Both the position numbers and the translations under genes were made by a program. Positions 9,449-19,502 of a stretch of 64,000 nucleotides of DNA are shown here, piece after piece. The stretch is from positions 4,096,001 through 4,160,000 of the forward strand of contig OY759316.1 in assembly GCA_963662275.1 (NCBI GenBank), written 5' to 3'. Position 1 is the stretch's first letter. Every line of letters begins with the position of its first letter. This stretch comes from Candidatus Cloacimonadales bacterium (lineage in GTDB: Bacteria > Cloacimonadota > Cloacimonadia > Cloacimonadales > DAONDQ01). The notes below the pieces were generated by a model. That model searched no databases, was not told where the DNA came from, and was given only the letters and a program-made list of their open reading frames with translations.

Positions 9449-10027
9449 TTATTGAGAATAATATTCTACAACATCCTTTTCAATACAATCAGGAACGAGT
9501 CCGGTGATGGGTTTTCCTTCTTTGATAAATTGGCGGATCATGGTTGAGGAGATAGGGATTGGCGAAATAGTGACATATATGATCCGGGAAGCGTATTCCA
9601 CTTTTTGAATTTCCTCAAGATCAGTATCGGAGCGATTGACAGCTACAAGATTGACATTCTCGAGAAGCCATTCCCAGTTATGCCATTTTGGAAGTTGAGG
9701 TACATTGTCAGCACCGATAATAAAATAGAATTGATAATCCGGATATTCCACCTGGAGTTTCTGCATCAGTTCATTCGTATAGCAGGGAGTATCAGAGTTC
9801 AAATCAGCGAGGGATAATTCGAAATCAGGCAGATGTTCAATCGCTTTTTTGATCAGATTGACCCGCTGATCGGTATCCAAGAGATCATCATGCGATTTCA
9901 AAGGATGTTTTCCCGTCGGTATGATCCATATTTTATCTAATTCAAGCACTTTCATCACTGTTGAACATATCCGGATATGTCCGTTATGAATGGGATTGAA
10001 GCTCCCGCCTAATATACCGATACGCAT
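9449..10027 (-). CDS. nadD: Nicotinate-nucleotide adenylyltransferase
   Basis: GILGGSFNPIHNGH, FIIGADN, ISSTMIR. Confidence 0.93.
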   Translation of the reverse strand: MRIGILGGSFNPIHNGHIRICSTVMKVLELDKIWIIPTGKHPLKSHDDLLDTDQRVNLIKKAIEHLPDFELSLADLNSDTPCYTNELMQKLQVEYPDYQFYFIIGADNVPQLPKWHNWEWLLENVNLVAVNRSDTDLEEIQKVEYASRIIYVTISPIPISSTMIRQFIKEGKPITGLVPDCIEKDVVEYYSQ

Positions 10028-10824
10028 TAGTCTAAATGTCTTTTTTGAATTAATTTGTGTTTGATCTTGAATGCTTCTTTCGAAGCGGGAAAGTTCTTCG
10101 TTAAAGAATTATAGATTTGGTTCGCCATAATCCAGTTCTTTTGAGCAATATAAATCTTGGAACTGTAGTAAAGAGACATCCTTTCCAGGTGATCCTTATT
10201 TCCCAATGGTATAATTTCATTAAAATAGAGTAATGCTGCGCTGTAATCAGACATCTTATAGTAGATATAACCATTGTTGTATTCTTTCTCTAAAAGCTTA
10301 TATTGCGCTTTTTGGAGGTTTTCTACTGCCTCGGCATGCTTTGCATCACTGGGGAATTTATCGATGAAAATCTGAAACGCATCGATTGCTTTTTGAGTAT
10401 CTTCCTGGGTATACTGCGGTTTAGGAGACATTTCCAAGTAACAAATACCGATCTGGTAATAGGCAATATTAATCTGCGGATAATCAGGGAACAGCTTAAG
10501 CATTTGCTCATATTCTACTTCCGCTTCGGTGAATTTATTCAGGTTATAATAAGATTGAGCCAATTTCATTTGTGCCTCAGCAGCGATGGAAGAATTTCTT
10601 TCAAAAACAATTTGTTGATAGAGTGGATAAGCTTTGGCGTATTTTTTAGCTGCGAAATAGGCATCTGCTTTTTGCATCGTCACTTCAGGTGATACTGTGG
10701 TAGTATTTTTCGTTTTTTTCTTGTGTTGCTTATGTTCAGTCTGGCTTGGTGCAGCTTGTGTTGTATTCTGACTGTAGGCGGAAATCGCCATCAGTAGAAA
10801 AATCACTGGGATAAATTTTCTCAT
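10027..10824 (-). CDS. bamD: Outer membrane protein assembly factor BamD (TPR)
   Basis: Signal peptide, TPRs, SPKPQYTQEDTQKAIDAFQIFIDKFP; bamD-nadD adjacency. Confidence 0.85.
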   Translation of the reverse strand: MRKFIPVIFLLMAISAYSQNTTQAAPSQTEHKQHKKKTKNTTTVSPEVTMQKADAYFAAKKYAKAYPLYQQIVFERNSSIAAEAQMKLAQSYYNLNKFTEAEVEYEQMLKLFPDYPQINIAYYQIGICYLEMSPKPQYTQEDTQKAIDAFQIFIDKFPSDAKHAEAVENLQKAQYKLLEKEYNNGYIYYKMSDYSAALLYFNEIIPLGNKDHLERMSLYYSSKIYIAQKNWIMANQIYNSLTKNFPASKEAFKIKHKLIQKRHLD

Positions 10825-10838
10825 TTTATCTCCTTAAA

Positions 10839-11351
10839 CTATTTCGTTGTCCAGATGATGTACACCAGACTACCGATAATAGCAAACAACATAACAGGAT
10901 CGTACCATTTCATCTTACCTGTATAACCCTCAGATAAAAGATATGGTTTGCCGTACATTTCATAATGGGCGAAAGTAAGTATCTTTTTATTGGAATCAAG
11001 CAATTGCAGAAGATATCTTAATTGCGATATCTGATATCTTTTATATCCCCAGAATTTCTTGACTTCAATGAGTTCCTCAGATTGATCAAGTTTGACCTGC
11101 AAAATATTAGATGTAGCATCGGCTTCATCAGTAAGCTGATAGCCTTTTGCCAGCATTGTCTGTTTCAGCAGAATGAGGATATCCGCAGATTTATCTCCCG
11201 CCTGGACATCCAGGAATATTGGTTTCTCATATGATTGGCGTAAGGCAAAGCCAGTAAACAGGGTATCCGGTACTATACTTTGAGTACGATGCTCTTGCGC
11301 ACATAATCCGATAACCAGAAAATAGAAGAGAATAATGAAACTGAATTTCAT
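10839..11351 (-). CDS. Hypothetical exported protein with C-terminal TM anchor
   Basis: Signal peptide and C-terminal hydrophobic helix; operonic spacing. Confidence 0.7.
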   Translation of the reverse strand: MKFSFIILFYFLVIGLCAQEHRTQSIVPDTLFTGFALRQSYEKPIFLDVQAGDKSADILILLKQTMLAKGYQLTDEADATSNILQVKLDQSEELIEVKKFWGYKRYQISQLRYLLQLLDSNKKILTFAHYEMYGKPYLLSEGYTGKMKWYDPVMLFAIIGSLVYIIWTTK

Positions 11352-11485
11352 TGAATTATTCTTTCCTTTATTTTAAATATTTGAGAAGAATCTTGCCCTG
11401 TTTAATCAAACAGGGCAGGAACTTCATCAATTTAATTTATTTTCCATGATACAGATTCTTCAATCAAAATCATATAAGATTATTA

Positions 11486-12904
11486 TCAGCCATTACGCAA
11501 AAATGCCAAATAAGCTTTATATGTTGAATAAATATCCGCTTTACTGGTCAATTCATATAAGGAATGCATACCTAATATTCCAGTACCAACATCGATCACT
11601 TCAGCACCATATTCAGCAAGGTACTTAGCAATAGTACCTCCGCCACCTTCATCCACTTTCCCCAGTTCTCCAATCTGCCATGATATATTCGCTTCTTCAA
11701 AGATATGCATTACTTTTGCGGTGAATTCTGCATTGGCATCATTGGCTCCAACTTTACCACCAGAACCGGTATACTTAGTAATCGCTACCCCATATCCGAT
11801 AAGAGCTGCGTTTTGTTTTTCGTGTACGTTAGGATAATTCGGATCGAGTGCAGCAGCAACATCACTAGAAAGAATTTGAGATTTCATCAGGCATTTACGT
11901 AAAGTATAGCTGTCAAATGCTTCACCATTTTGCTTTAGAAGATCACCAACAAAGTCCAGCATGAAAATTGAGTTTGCACTTGTATTTCCTTCGCTGCCAA
12001 TTTCTTCCTTATCGATGAATAGAATCATCTGTGTTTTCTCAGTTTTTTCTTTTGAACTCAGAAGATCAAGGAGAGCCTTTAAAGAAGTGTAGGCACAAAC
12101 ACGATCATCTTGTCCATACCCCATAATCATGCTTTTATCCATTCCGGCATCTCGAGCCTTACCCGCTGGAACAATTTCCAATTCAGCAGATAAGAAATCA
12201 GCTTCCCTGGTGCCATATTTTTCATTAATCATTTTCAAAGCATGATATTTTACTTTTTCCTTCTGTTCTTGATTAGAATCCGGAATAGAGGAAAATATCA
12301 AGTTCATTTTCCCAGCTTCTATAGCATCAGGCAATAATTTGCCATATTGTTCCTTTTTTGCTAAATGCGGAAGTAAATCCGGCATCAGAAAAACGGGATC
12401 ATTTTCATCTTCACCAATAGAAATGGATAATTCTGTACCGTCTTTTTTGATAATCATCCCATGAATAGCCAGGGGTGTGGAGAGCCATTGATATTTCTTG
12501 ATTCCACCATAATAATGAGTTTTCATCATCGCTAACTGCGTATTTCCATCTTCGTATAAAGGATTTGGTTTAATATCAATACGGGGAGCATCAATATGGG
12601 AAGCAACAATATTCAAGCCTTCGCTGATCGGTTTTGTACCCAGCACAGCAAACGCCATCGATTTTCCCTTATAAGTCCGATATACTTTCAGAGACTTCTT
12701 TTTAGAGAGAAGATCTGTAAATCCTTCGTTTTCCAATATTTTTTTCGTCCAGGTAACAGCTTCGCGTTCCGTTTTGCAGTTATCTAAAAAAATCTTATAC
12801 TCTTCTGCAAATTTGAAAGCATCTTTTTTCTCCTGGGTAGTAGCTGTTTCCCAGAAACTCTTGCGTTCATAAAGAAGATCGAACTTCTTCTTGTTTTCAT
12901 TCAT
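11486..12904 (-). CDS. M18-family aminopeptidase
   Basis: CKTERE, SHIDAPR, THYYGGIKKYQW, GQDDRVC, DKEEIGS, GGGGTIA, MHSLYE. Confidence 0.92.
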   Translation of the reverse strand: MNENKKKFDLLYERKSFWETATTQEKKDAFKFAEEYKIFLDNCKTEREAVTWTKKILENEGFTDLLSKKKSLKVYRTYKGKSMAFAVLGTKPISEGLNIVASHIDAPRIDIKPNPLYEDGNTQLAMMKTHYYGGIKKYQWLSTPLAIHGMIIKKDGTELSISIGEDENDPVFLMPDLLPHLAKKEQYGKLLPDAIEAGKMNLIFSSIPDSNQEQKEKVKYHALKMINEKYGTREADFLSAELEIVPAGKARDAGMDKSMIMGYGQDDRVCAYTSLKALLDLLSSKEKTEKTQMILFIDKEEIGSEGNTSANSIFMLDFVGDLLKQNGEAFDSYTLRKCLMKSQILSSDVAAALDPNYPNVHEKQNAALIGYGVAITKYTGSGGKVGANDANAEFTAKVMHIFEEANISWQIGELGKVDEGGGGTIAKYLAEYGAEVIDVGTGILGMHSLYELTSKADIYSTYKAYLAFLRNG

Positions 12905-12952
12905 TCTAACTCCTCAGGACTAAGCAGAAGAACTCTGCCGCCTTTTTATTTT

Positions 12953-13432
12953 TTATTTTAATTCTAATATTTCAAATACTCTCTCTCCCATGGGAGCCTT
13001 CACAATGACCTTATCGCCTGGTTTTTTCCCGATCATGGAGGAACCAATTGGAGAAGCAATGGACACCTGCTCCGCATTTTCATCTGGGAAATTCACTTCA
13101 TCAATTCCCACAAGATGATAGACTACAACCAGGTTTGTATCCATCTCATTTACGGTAATGTAAGCCCCAAAACGAACACAGTCTTTCGGAATAGAACTGG
13201 GATCGATAACCTTCAGCTTCGTACTTCTTGTTTTCAGATGATCAAGCTCTTTGTCAAGATGTCTCTGCATTTCTTTAGCTGCCTTATATTCGGCGTTTTC
13301 GCTAAGATCACCTTGGGCACGAGCAATCGCTACCCGTTTGATAATTTCCGGTCGTTCCACTTCAGACAATTGACGGATACGCTTCTGTAATTTATCCATC
13401 CCTTCTTTCGTGATATAATCAAGATTACTCAT
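12953..13432 (-). CDS. greA: Transcription elongation factor GreA
   Basis: ARAQGDLSENAEYKAAKE, SIASPIG. Confidence 0.95.
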   Translation of the reverse strand: MSNLDYITKEGMDKLQKRIRQLSEVERPEIIKRVAIARAQGDLSENAEYKAAKEMQRHLDKELDHLKTRSTKLKVIDPSSIPKDCVRFGAYITVNEMDTNLVVVYHLVGIDEVNFPDENAEQVSIASPIGSSMIGKKPGDKVIVKAPMGERVFEILELK

Positions 13433-13439
13433 ACTAAAC

Positions 13440-14246
13440 CTATTTCTTCCGGCGTACAGCTTTTAAGCCGACAAGAGCTGCTTTCTTCAGCTTGGCATTT
13501 CCGCTATGAGTCCAGTTCTCGATGATCGTTTCCATTTCAGGGGTGTAGCACATAATGGAATTGCAGAGAATTTCAACGGTATAAGGATCTCGAGAACTAC
13601 GATATTTAGAAAATATCTCCTGGTATATTGAAGCGTCTATAGGATATAGTGATTTTAAGAAATATATATTGGCTTTCGTCATACCCTGCGTTGCATTCAG
13701 CCATGAATTTTCCATTTTATGAAAAACCGTTTGAATCTGTTTAGGGTCTAGTTTACACAATTTACTTAATAATTTTGCGGCATTCAGTTGGATATGTTCA
13801 TTCTCTGAATAGAGCCATTTATAAATGAGTTGCAGATTTGCTGAATAGTTCTTTTTGATTATCGGTAAAAATGCCTTATCCAACAATAATGCTACTTCTG
13901 GTTCTTCAGGAGTGGCATACATCACTTTTTCGATTAATTGTGTAAATACTTCCGGTTTTTTTGTGATGAGTTTTGCAATGATAATTACAAATGCAAGACG
14001 CCCATTTTCACCTTTCTCTTTCCACAGAGAGAGATAAAAGTCCATATGATTTTCAGAAACTTTTACAAGCAGATCCGCCATTTTCTTGGCTACAAGAATC
14101 ACAACTTCTTTAGGAACATGCGTCCCTGTTCTCTGTGGATAGGCATTATAAATAATTTCAAAAGAATAATCGCGTTTAGGTAATTTGGATCGAATAAAAT
14201 CTTCAGTGTCTTTTACCAATCTCTCCTTCCAATCCAAGGATATCAT
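13440..14246 (-). CDS. HEAT/ARM-repeat hypothetical protein (AlkD-like fold possible)
   Basis: All-alpha, Lys/Leu-rich 268-aa ORF in an operon with greA. Confidence 0.6.
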   Translation of the reverse strand: MISLDWKERLVKDTEDFIRSKLPKRDYSFEIIYNAYPQRTGTHVPKEVVILVAKKMADLLVKVSENHMDFYLSLWKEKGENGRLAFVIIIAKLITKKPEVFTQLIEKVMYATPEEPEVALLLDKAFLPIIKKNYSANLQLIYKWLYSENEHIQLNAAKLLSKLCKLDPKQIQTVFHKMENSWLNATQGMTKANIYFLKSLYPIDASIYQEIFSKYRSSRDPYTVEILCNSIMCYTPEMETIIENWTHSGNAKLKKAALVGLKAVRRKK

Positions 14247-14304
14247 TTTTTAGCTCCTTTCTTTATTCATTCCATTATTGAATTTCCAAGTAGGTTTCAT
14301 TCAC

Positions 14305-17300
14305 TTATCTGACAATGGCAAATCTGCCTTTTTTTAATTCCCCACCCATCTCACAAATATAAAAGTACATGCCGGATGAAACTTTCTTACCGGAGTTATT
14401 GACCATGTCCCAATGATAGGTATAATTCACAGAAGTCAAAGCGGGAATGTTTGTATGATATACAAGCTCACCTGATATGTTATAAATTTTGAGATGTCCG
14501 TCTTTGTTTAAAGGAAAATTCATAAATGCTATTGAATTCACTTCTTTCAGGTTAATTGGATTTGGGTATACTGTCAAATGTGATAAATCCTTAATATCTG
14601 TTAGAAAGAATCTCGCTGTATTTTTGTGATTTGAAATCACATTTCCATGGAGATCTTCTACCTTTGAGATAATCAGGAAATATGGTTGATTTGTATACAT
14701 CATATTATTGTTAAAGTTGATCGTGGCAACAGCATCTTGGAATGTAACTGACTTGATAAAATTCTCATGATCCCCAAGTGGAGCAATTAATTCATAATTT
14801 GCTGCTAAGCTTGCTTCTTCTGGATTTAAACTCTCGGAAAAAGTAACCTGAATAGAATTCTTGCTGATTACTTCTGTAGACACGACTTCTGGAGGTATGC
14901 AATCAATTGCGTATGAAAAAGTGTATTCTGACATTTCAACAGGAACTCCTGTTACACCTGTAATGCCAGATAGTTTGACTGTAAAGTCTCCAACATCATT
15001 TGGAAAAGGACGTCTGAATCTTAATAACAAGCCGTGCGATTCCGAAATAATAATTGTTGAAAATGGATTACCTATCCCGGGTTCGACTTGGTAATGACCA
15101 ACATTAATGGCTTCACTTGCCAAGGCTTGATCAAAGACCAATTTCACTTCATTCGATGCGGTCATTTCAATCTGCATCAAACGAGGTGCCGGATTAGGTA
15201 TTACTTCTTTCCATTGGCTATATTTACTCTCGTTTGGCTGCATACTATTTTTGATACTGGAAACTGCAAATTCGTATGTATTCCCAGATACTAATGTAGT
15301 GTCTACAAATTCGGAAGAAGTTGTTGAACCAACAACAGTCTCAATAGAATTAAAGCGTCTGTGAATCTGATAGTAATCAGCATCAACCTGCTTCCAAGTC
15401 ATTTTCACAGAGTTCCCATTCAACGGTGTGATCCGAATATTTTCAGGAGTCATTGGACCTGTAAAAACCTGGCTTGCTTTAATTTCATAACTTCTCAATA
15501 CATTCTGATCATTCACATTGTTTACAAGGATATGAACATTACTTGAAGTCGGTTCTTTAAATGCCAGCATCTGGTATGTTTTCAGACTTTCGCCTCTCCA
15601 AATTGGCTTGAATTTGCCATCCACATATGAAACAATATACATATTTGGAGAAAGAGATAGCAGTAATTCATCCTTTCCATCATTATTGATATCAAGACAA
15701 CTGATCGAGTTCTCTGAGGTTACTTCGGTAAAACTGATATTACCCACACTGGCATATTGGTCGTTGCCAGTAGTTGTGAAAAAATTGAAATACCAAAAGG
15801 TCTTATTGGGGTTAATCAGGTCTGTTTGATATCCGCCAACAACGAAATCTTTCCCTCCATCCCCATTAAAATCACCTACTGCCAAATAATAGGCATTAGG
15901 TACAGGTAACCGAGCCGTCCAAGTCATGTTATATGTAGTTTGAGATGTCACTTCAAAAATCATGATATCGCCATCTGTATCTGCGGCTAGAATATCGGGA
16001 ATTGTATCACCGTCTAAATTCGCACATGCAACTTTAGGAACAAATGTATTCCTCTGTGATGTTGCGGTTTTATTTTGAATCTGATTCTTTGCATCAAATG
16101 CAGGCTGCGTACCAGTAGCAGATGGATTTCGTTTGTACAGTTGCAGAATTCGGTAAGCTGGAAGATTTTTAACGAGTATCAAATCCTGGGCTACTGTGCT
16201 ATTCGTGTTTTCATAATTCGCAAAAATACCACCGGAAATTCCTGTATCGTGCCATAAAGCAAAGTTATTTGGATATGAAAGTGAATCTGGTGTTTCGTAC
16301 AAAAATGCTGTGTCCAAATACAAACCAAGTACTTCAGTACCGGTACCGCTGGTATTTCCTAAATCCAAGGGCCAGAATTTATCATAGAAAAGATGCTTAT
16401 TAAGTAACTCGTTGCTATACAATTGGTAAATATTAACATCACCATAACCTGTATCTGGTAGTTGCATTCCAATGAATTCCAGGTTCCCATCATGATCAAA
16501 ATCACGGGCATTAGGAGATGTAACTAATGGGGGTCCCAATTCTGTTGGTTCAAAACCATTCCCCGAAACTGACTCATAACTCACTTCCAAGAAATTGTCT
16601 TTCCACTCTGATTCATAAGTCAGATTACTATGATTGACGGCGTATAATCGGATTGCGATTAATCCTTCCGGGAGTGTTTCCGGTAAGCGAACAACCTGAA
16701 GAGAATCTGCTGTAACACTATATGCTTCGTAAATATCACCAAATTCTGTCATGCAAGAAACCGTCAAATTCACAGGTTCATCGAATTTAGCCTGAACATA
16801 ATAGTTTACATTTTCTGCTGCATATCGCATCAAAGAAAACAAGCTACCTGGAATGAGATCAGGGGGTGTTCGATCAATACGGATTTCCCTGATACTACTA
16901 TATGTGGTTCCATTTGTATTGATAACTTCAATACGAATTTTATAATCCCCATCACTAAATTGAGGAGGGAATGTAAAATGTGCGAGAACACCATTTTGAA
17001 CAGGTTCATTATAAGAATGAGGTGTAGGATCGTTTGTACTTACATCAAGCCAACCACGTCCTGAGCGTGAATCTACGGCTGAGTACATGACTGAATATTG
17101 CATAAAATTAGGACTTGTCACAGTTCCAGTGATATCAAATTCTCCAGATAGTCCTTCATGATCCAGAGGATTTGTCATAATTACTTTAGGACTCACAGTA
17201 TTAGTCAGGAAATTATGGACATTCAGTAAGCCATTACCGTAACTATTGTCAAAACCGGGAGTACCCAGATCATCACAGGACATTAGTAATCTTGATCTAA

Positions 17301-18507
17301 CCTCTTCGTAACTCAGTCCTGGTTCTATGGAGAGTAATAAAGCAATACTTGCTGTGACAAAAGGAGCGGACATTGAAGTACCTGACTGATTCTTGTATAT
17401 GTCAGCACCAGAAGATTGGTATGTACTATAGATATCCTGCCCTGGAGCAACAAGATCAAGATCAGGACCAAAACTTGAGAAGCCTGCCAAATTCTTGTTA
17501 ATATCTACCGCCCCCACAGATATTACAGTGGAAAGCTGAGCTGGATAACTGAGAACAGGTTCTGGTGAATTACCTGCAGAAGCTACCAATATAACACCTT
17601 TGTCATAGGCATATTGACACGCATCCGAAATAATAGGTGAATAATTAGCATCACCCCAACTCATATTCACGACATCGGCTCCCATATCAGCAGCGTAGAT
17701 TAACGCTGCAGAAGCATCATCATCCTGGAGATAGCCTGAACCTTCAGTCGTTCTGAAACCCGCACGCAAGACCATCATTCTTACTGTCCAGTTAATGCCG
17801 GCAATACCAATCCCGTTGTTCGAGTCGGCACCAACGATACCTGCAACGTGTGTTCCATGAAAGTTTTCATCGGTTGGATCATTGTCTTGCGTTGTATAAT
17901 CTCCCAGACCAATATCTGATAATTCAGGAGCATCAGCAAAATCCCAGCCTCTCCAATCATCAATATAGCCATTACCATCATCATCAGTCCCATTATCTTT
18001 TAATTCACCGTTGACACCCCATTCTCCAGGATTGATATAAACATTATTCTGAAGATCAGGATGGTCAAAAAGCATTCCGGAATCAATCAAACCGACGATT
18101 ACCTGGTGATTACCTGTAGTTATGTCCCAAGCTTCAGGAATATGGCTAAGATAATACTGTTCGTTAGAATAATATGGATCATTAGGAGTGATGTAAAATT
18201 TGTTCAGATAATTGGGCTGAATGTATTCAATCCCCGCAAAATGTGGTTTGGAATTCTTAATTGTTTGCCAATCAGGTTCTTCAGACAATATCGCGGTAAA
18301 ATAGCGGTTATTGGACTTTGATGATACGGGCTTAATACTTTGAGGTCTGTAATTTTGCAGGAATTGATCAAATTGTGTCAAACCTGTCTGTCCTCTGGTT
18401 ATTTGAATCGGGGCAGAAGTCTTAAAGATAATCTGTTTTGGAACATATTCCACAGTTTGGGCTAAACAGCAGATTAACCACAACATGATAATGTAAAACC
18501 ACTTCAC
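14305..18507 (-). CDS. Secreted S8 subtilisin-like serine protease with FG-GAP, FN3/Ig domains and T9SS/FlgD-type CTD
   Basis: Catalytic triad motifs LIDSG, HGTHVAG, GTSMSAP; C-terminal VYPNP...IYNISGELV...SSGMYF. Confidence 0.92.
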   Translation of the reverse strand: MKWFYIIMLWLICCLAQTVEYVPKQIIFKTSAPIQITRGQTGLTQFDQFLQNYRPQSIKPVSSKSNNRYFTAILSEEPDWQTIKNSKPHFAGIEYIQPNYLNKFYITPNDPYYSNEQYYLSHIPEAWDITTGNHQVIVGLIDSGMLFDHPDLQNNVYINPGEWGVNGELKDNGTDDDGNGYIDDWRGWDFADAPELSDIGLGDYTTQDNDPTDENFHGTHVAGIVGADSNNGIGIAGINWTVRMMVLRAGFRTTEGSGYLQDDDASAALIYAADMGADVVNMSWGDANYSPIISDACQYAYDKGVILVASAGNSPEPVLSYPAQLSTVISVGAVDINKNLAGFSSFGPDLDLVAPGQDIYSTYQSSGADIYKNQSGTSMSAPFVTASIALLLSIEPGLSYEEVRSRLLMSCDDLGTPGFDNSYGNGLLNVHNFLTNTVSPKVIMTNPLDHEGLSGEFDITGTVTSPNFMQYSVMYSAVDSRSGRGWLDVSTNDPTPHSYNEPVQNGVLAHFTFPPQFSDGDYKIRIEVINTNGTTYSSIREIRIDRTPPDLIPGSLFSLMRYAAENVNYYVQAKFDEPVNLTVSCMTEFGDIYEAYSVTADSLQVVRLPETLPEGLIAIRLYAVNHSNLTYESEWKDNFLEVSYESVSGNGFEPTELGPPLVTSPNARDFDHDGNLEFIGMQLPDTGYGDVNIYQLYSNELLNKHLFYDKFWPLDLGNTSGTGTEVLGLYLDTAFLYETPDSLSYPNNFALWHDTGISGGIFANYENTNSTVAQDLILVKNLPAYRILQLYKRNPSATGTQPAFDAKNQIQNKTATSQRNTFVPKVACANLDGDTIPDILAADTDGDIMIFEVTSQTTYNMTWTARLPVPNAYYLAVGDFNGDGGKDFVVGGYQTDLINPNKTFWYFNFFTTTGNDQYASVGNISFTEVTSENSISCLDINNDGKDELLLSLSPNMYIVSYVDGKFKPIWRGESLKTYQMLAFKEPTSSNVHILVNNVNDQNVLRSYEIKASQVFTGPMTPENIRITPLNGNSVKMTWKQVDADYYQIHRRFNSIETVVGSTTSSEFVDTTLVSGNTYEFAVSSIKNSMQPNESKYSQWKEVIPNPAPRLMQIEMTASNEVKLVFDQALASEAINVGHYQVEPGIGNPFSTIIISESHGLLLRFRRPFPNDVGDFTVKLSGITGVTGVPVEMSEYTFSYAIDCIPPEVVSTEVISKNSIQVTFSESLNPEEASLAANYELIAPLGDHENFIKSVTFQDAVATINFNNNMMYTNQPYFLIISKVEDLHGNVISNHKNTARFFLTDIKDLSHLTVYPNPINLKEVNSIAFMNFPLNKDGHLKIYNISGELVYHTNIPALTSVNYTYHWDMVNNSGKKVSSGMYFYICEMGGELKKGRFAIVR

Positions 18508-18534
18508 AGTATTTTTCCTTTTTGTCCTTTCATA

Positions 18535-19488
18535 CTAGAATTGGTAAGTAACACCAATCCTATGTACAGCATCAGTTTCTGTTGAAACTAAATAATAAGG
18601 GGTATAAGCATAATCAACCAGAAAATGCATGATCTTAAAACCTGCCCCTATCGTCCAACTTGGTGCATCATTATATTTATTATCATACATAGTGTTAAGT
18701 AAGTAATTCAAATCCGTACCTAATCTAACACTGAAAATATCCTGGTAGGTTGTTTGTACACCCATCTTACCACTCCAAGAACAACCTGATTCAAAGATAG
18801 ATTTGACCTCCACTGTTGTGATTAAAGGTATACTAGCTAAAGTGGGAAAATCCTTGCTAATACCAAAATCTAACCGTTTTGACAGTTGTATGCTTTCTTT
18901 ATCCATCTTTGAAGTAAAACCGATATTACGGATAGCTGTAAATACCCGGGTATTTCGGAGAGGTGGAAGATAAGTATAACCTAAATCGAAAGTTGCTCCA
19001 TAACTGGAAGCTGCATCAATCTTCTCATATAATAGACCGGCATTGATTCCTAAATAATGATCAGGATGCAGTCTGTATCCGCTGCTGATCATAAGATTCA
19101 AGTCCAGGGGATGAAACGTACCGACAATTTGACCGGAATCATCTCTTTTATCGATACTACCGTAATCAAGAGTTCTCATACCAATGCCAAAGTGTTTTTT
19201 ACCATTGGAATTTGAGAAGAAAATACTATTTTGGTTGGTATCAACCAGATAACTATTTTGTGTAAATGAGATCAACCGGTTATTTCTTAAAACAGGAGCA
19301 GCAGAATTCTCCAGAAAGCCACTTGCATCCTGGTTCGAAAATGTCCCTGTATTACTTTGACCGGAGATACCAACACCTACAGGAATATTCAGCATTTTAA
19401 AACCATATTCTGCGTTGCCGGATATACCGCATAGAGTTACACAGATTCCAACGCAGAAGAGGATTATTAATGAAAGGGATTTATTCAT
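18535..19488 (-). CDS. PorV/PorQ-family outer membrane beta-barrel protein
   Basis: Signal peptide, FKMLNIPVG, LDYGSIDKRDDSG..GTF, DLG, VDYAYTPY...HRIGVTYQF ending in terminal Phe. Confidence 0.7.
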   Translation of the reverse strand: MNKSLSLIILFCVGICVTLCGISGNAEYGFKMLNIPVGVGISGQSNTGTFSNQDASGFLENSAAPVLRNNRLISFTQNSYLVDTNQNSIFFSNSNGKKHFGIGMRTLDYGSIDKRDDSGQIVGTFHPLDLNLMISSGYRLHPDHYLGINAGLLYEKIDAASSYGATFDLGYTYLPPLRNTRVFTAIRNIGFTSKMDKESIQLSKRLDFGISKDFPTLASIPLITTVEVKSIFESGCSWSGKMGVQTTYQDIFSVRLGTDLNYLLNTMYDNKYNDAPSWTIGAGFKIMHFLVDYAYTPYYLVSTETDAVHRIGVTYQF

Positions 19489-19502
19489 ATCTATTCTCCA
19501 CT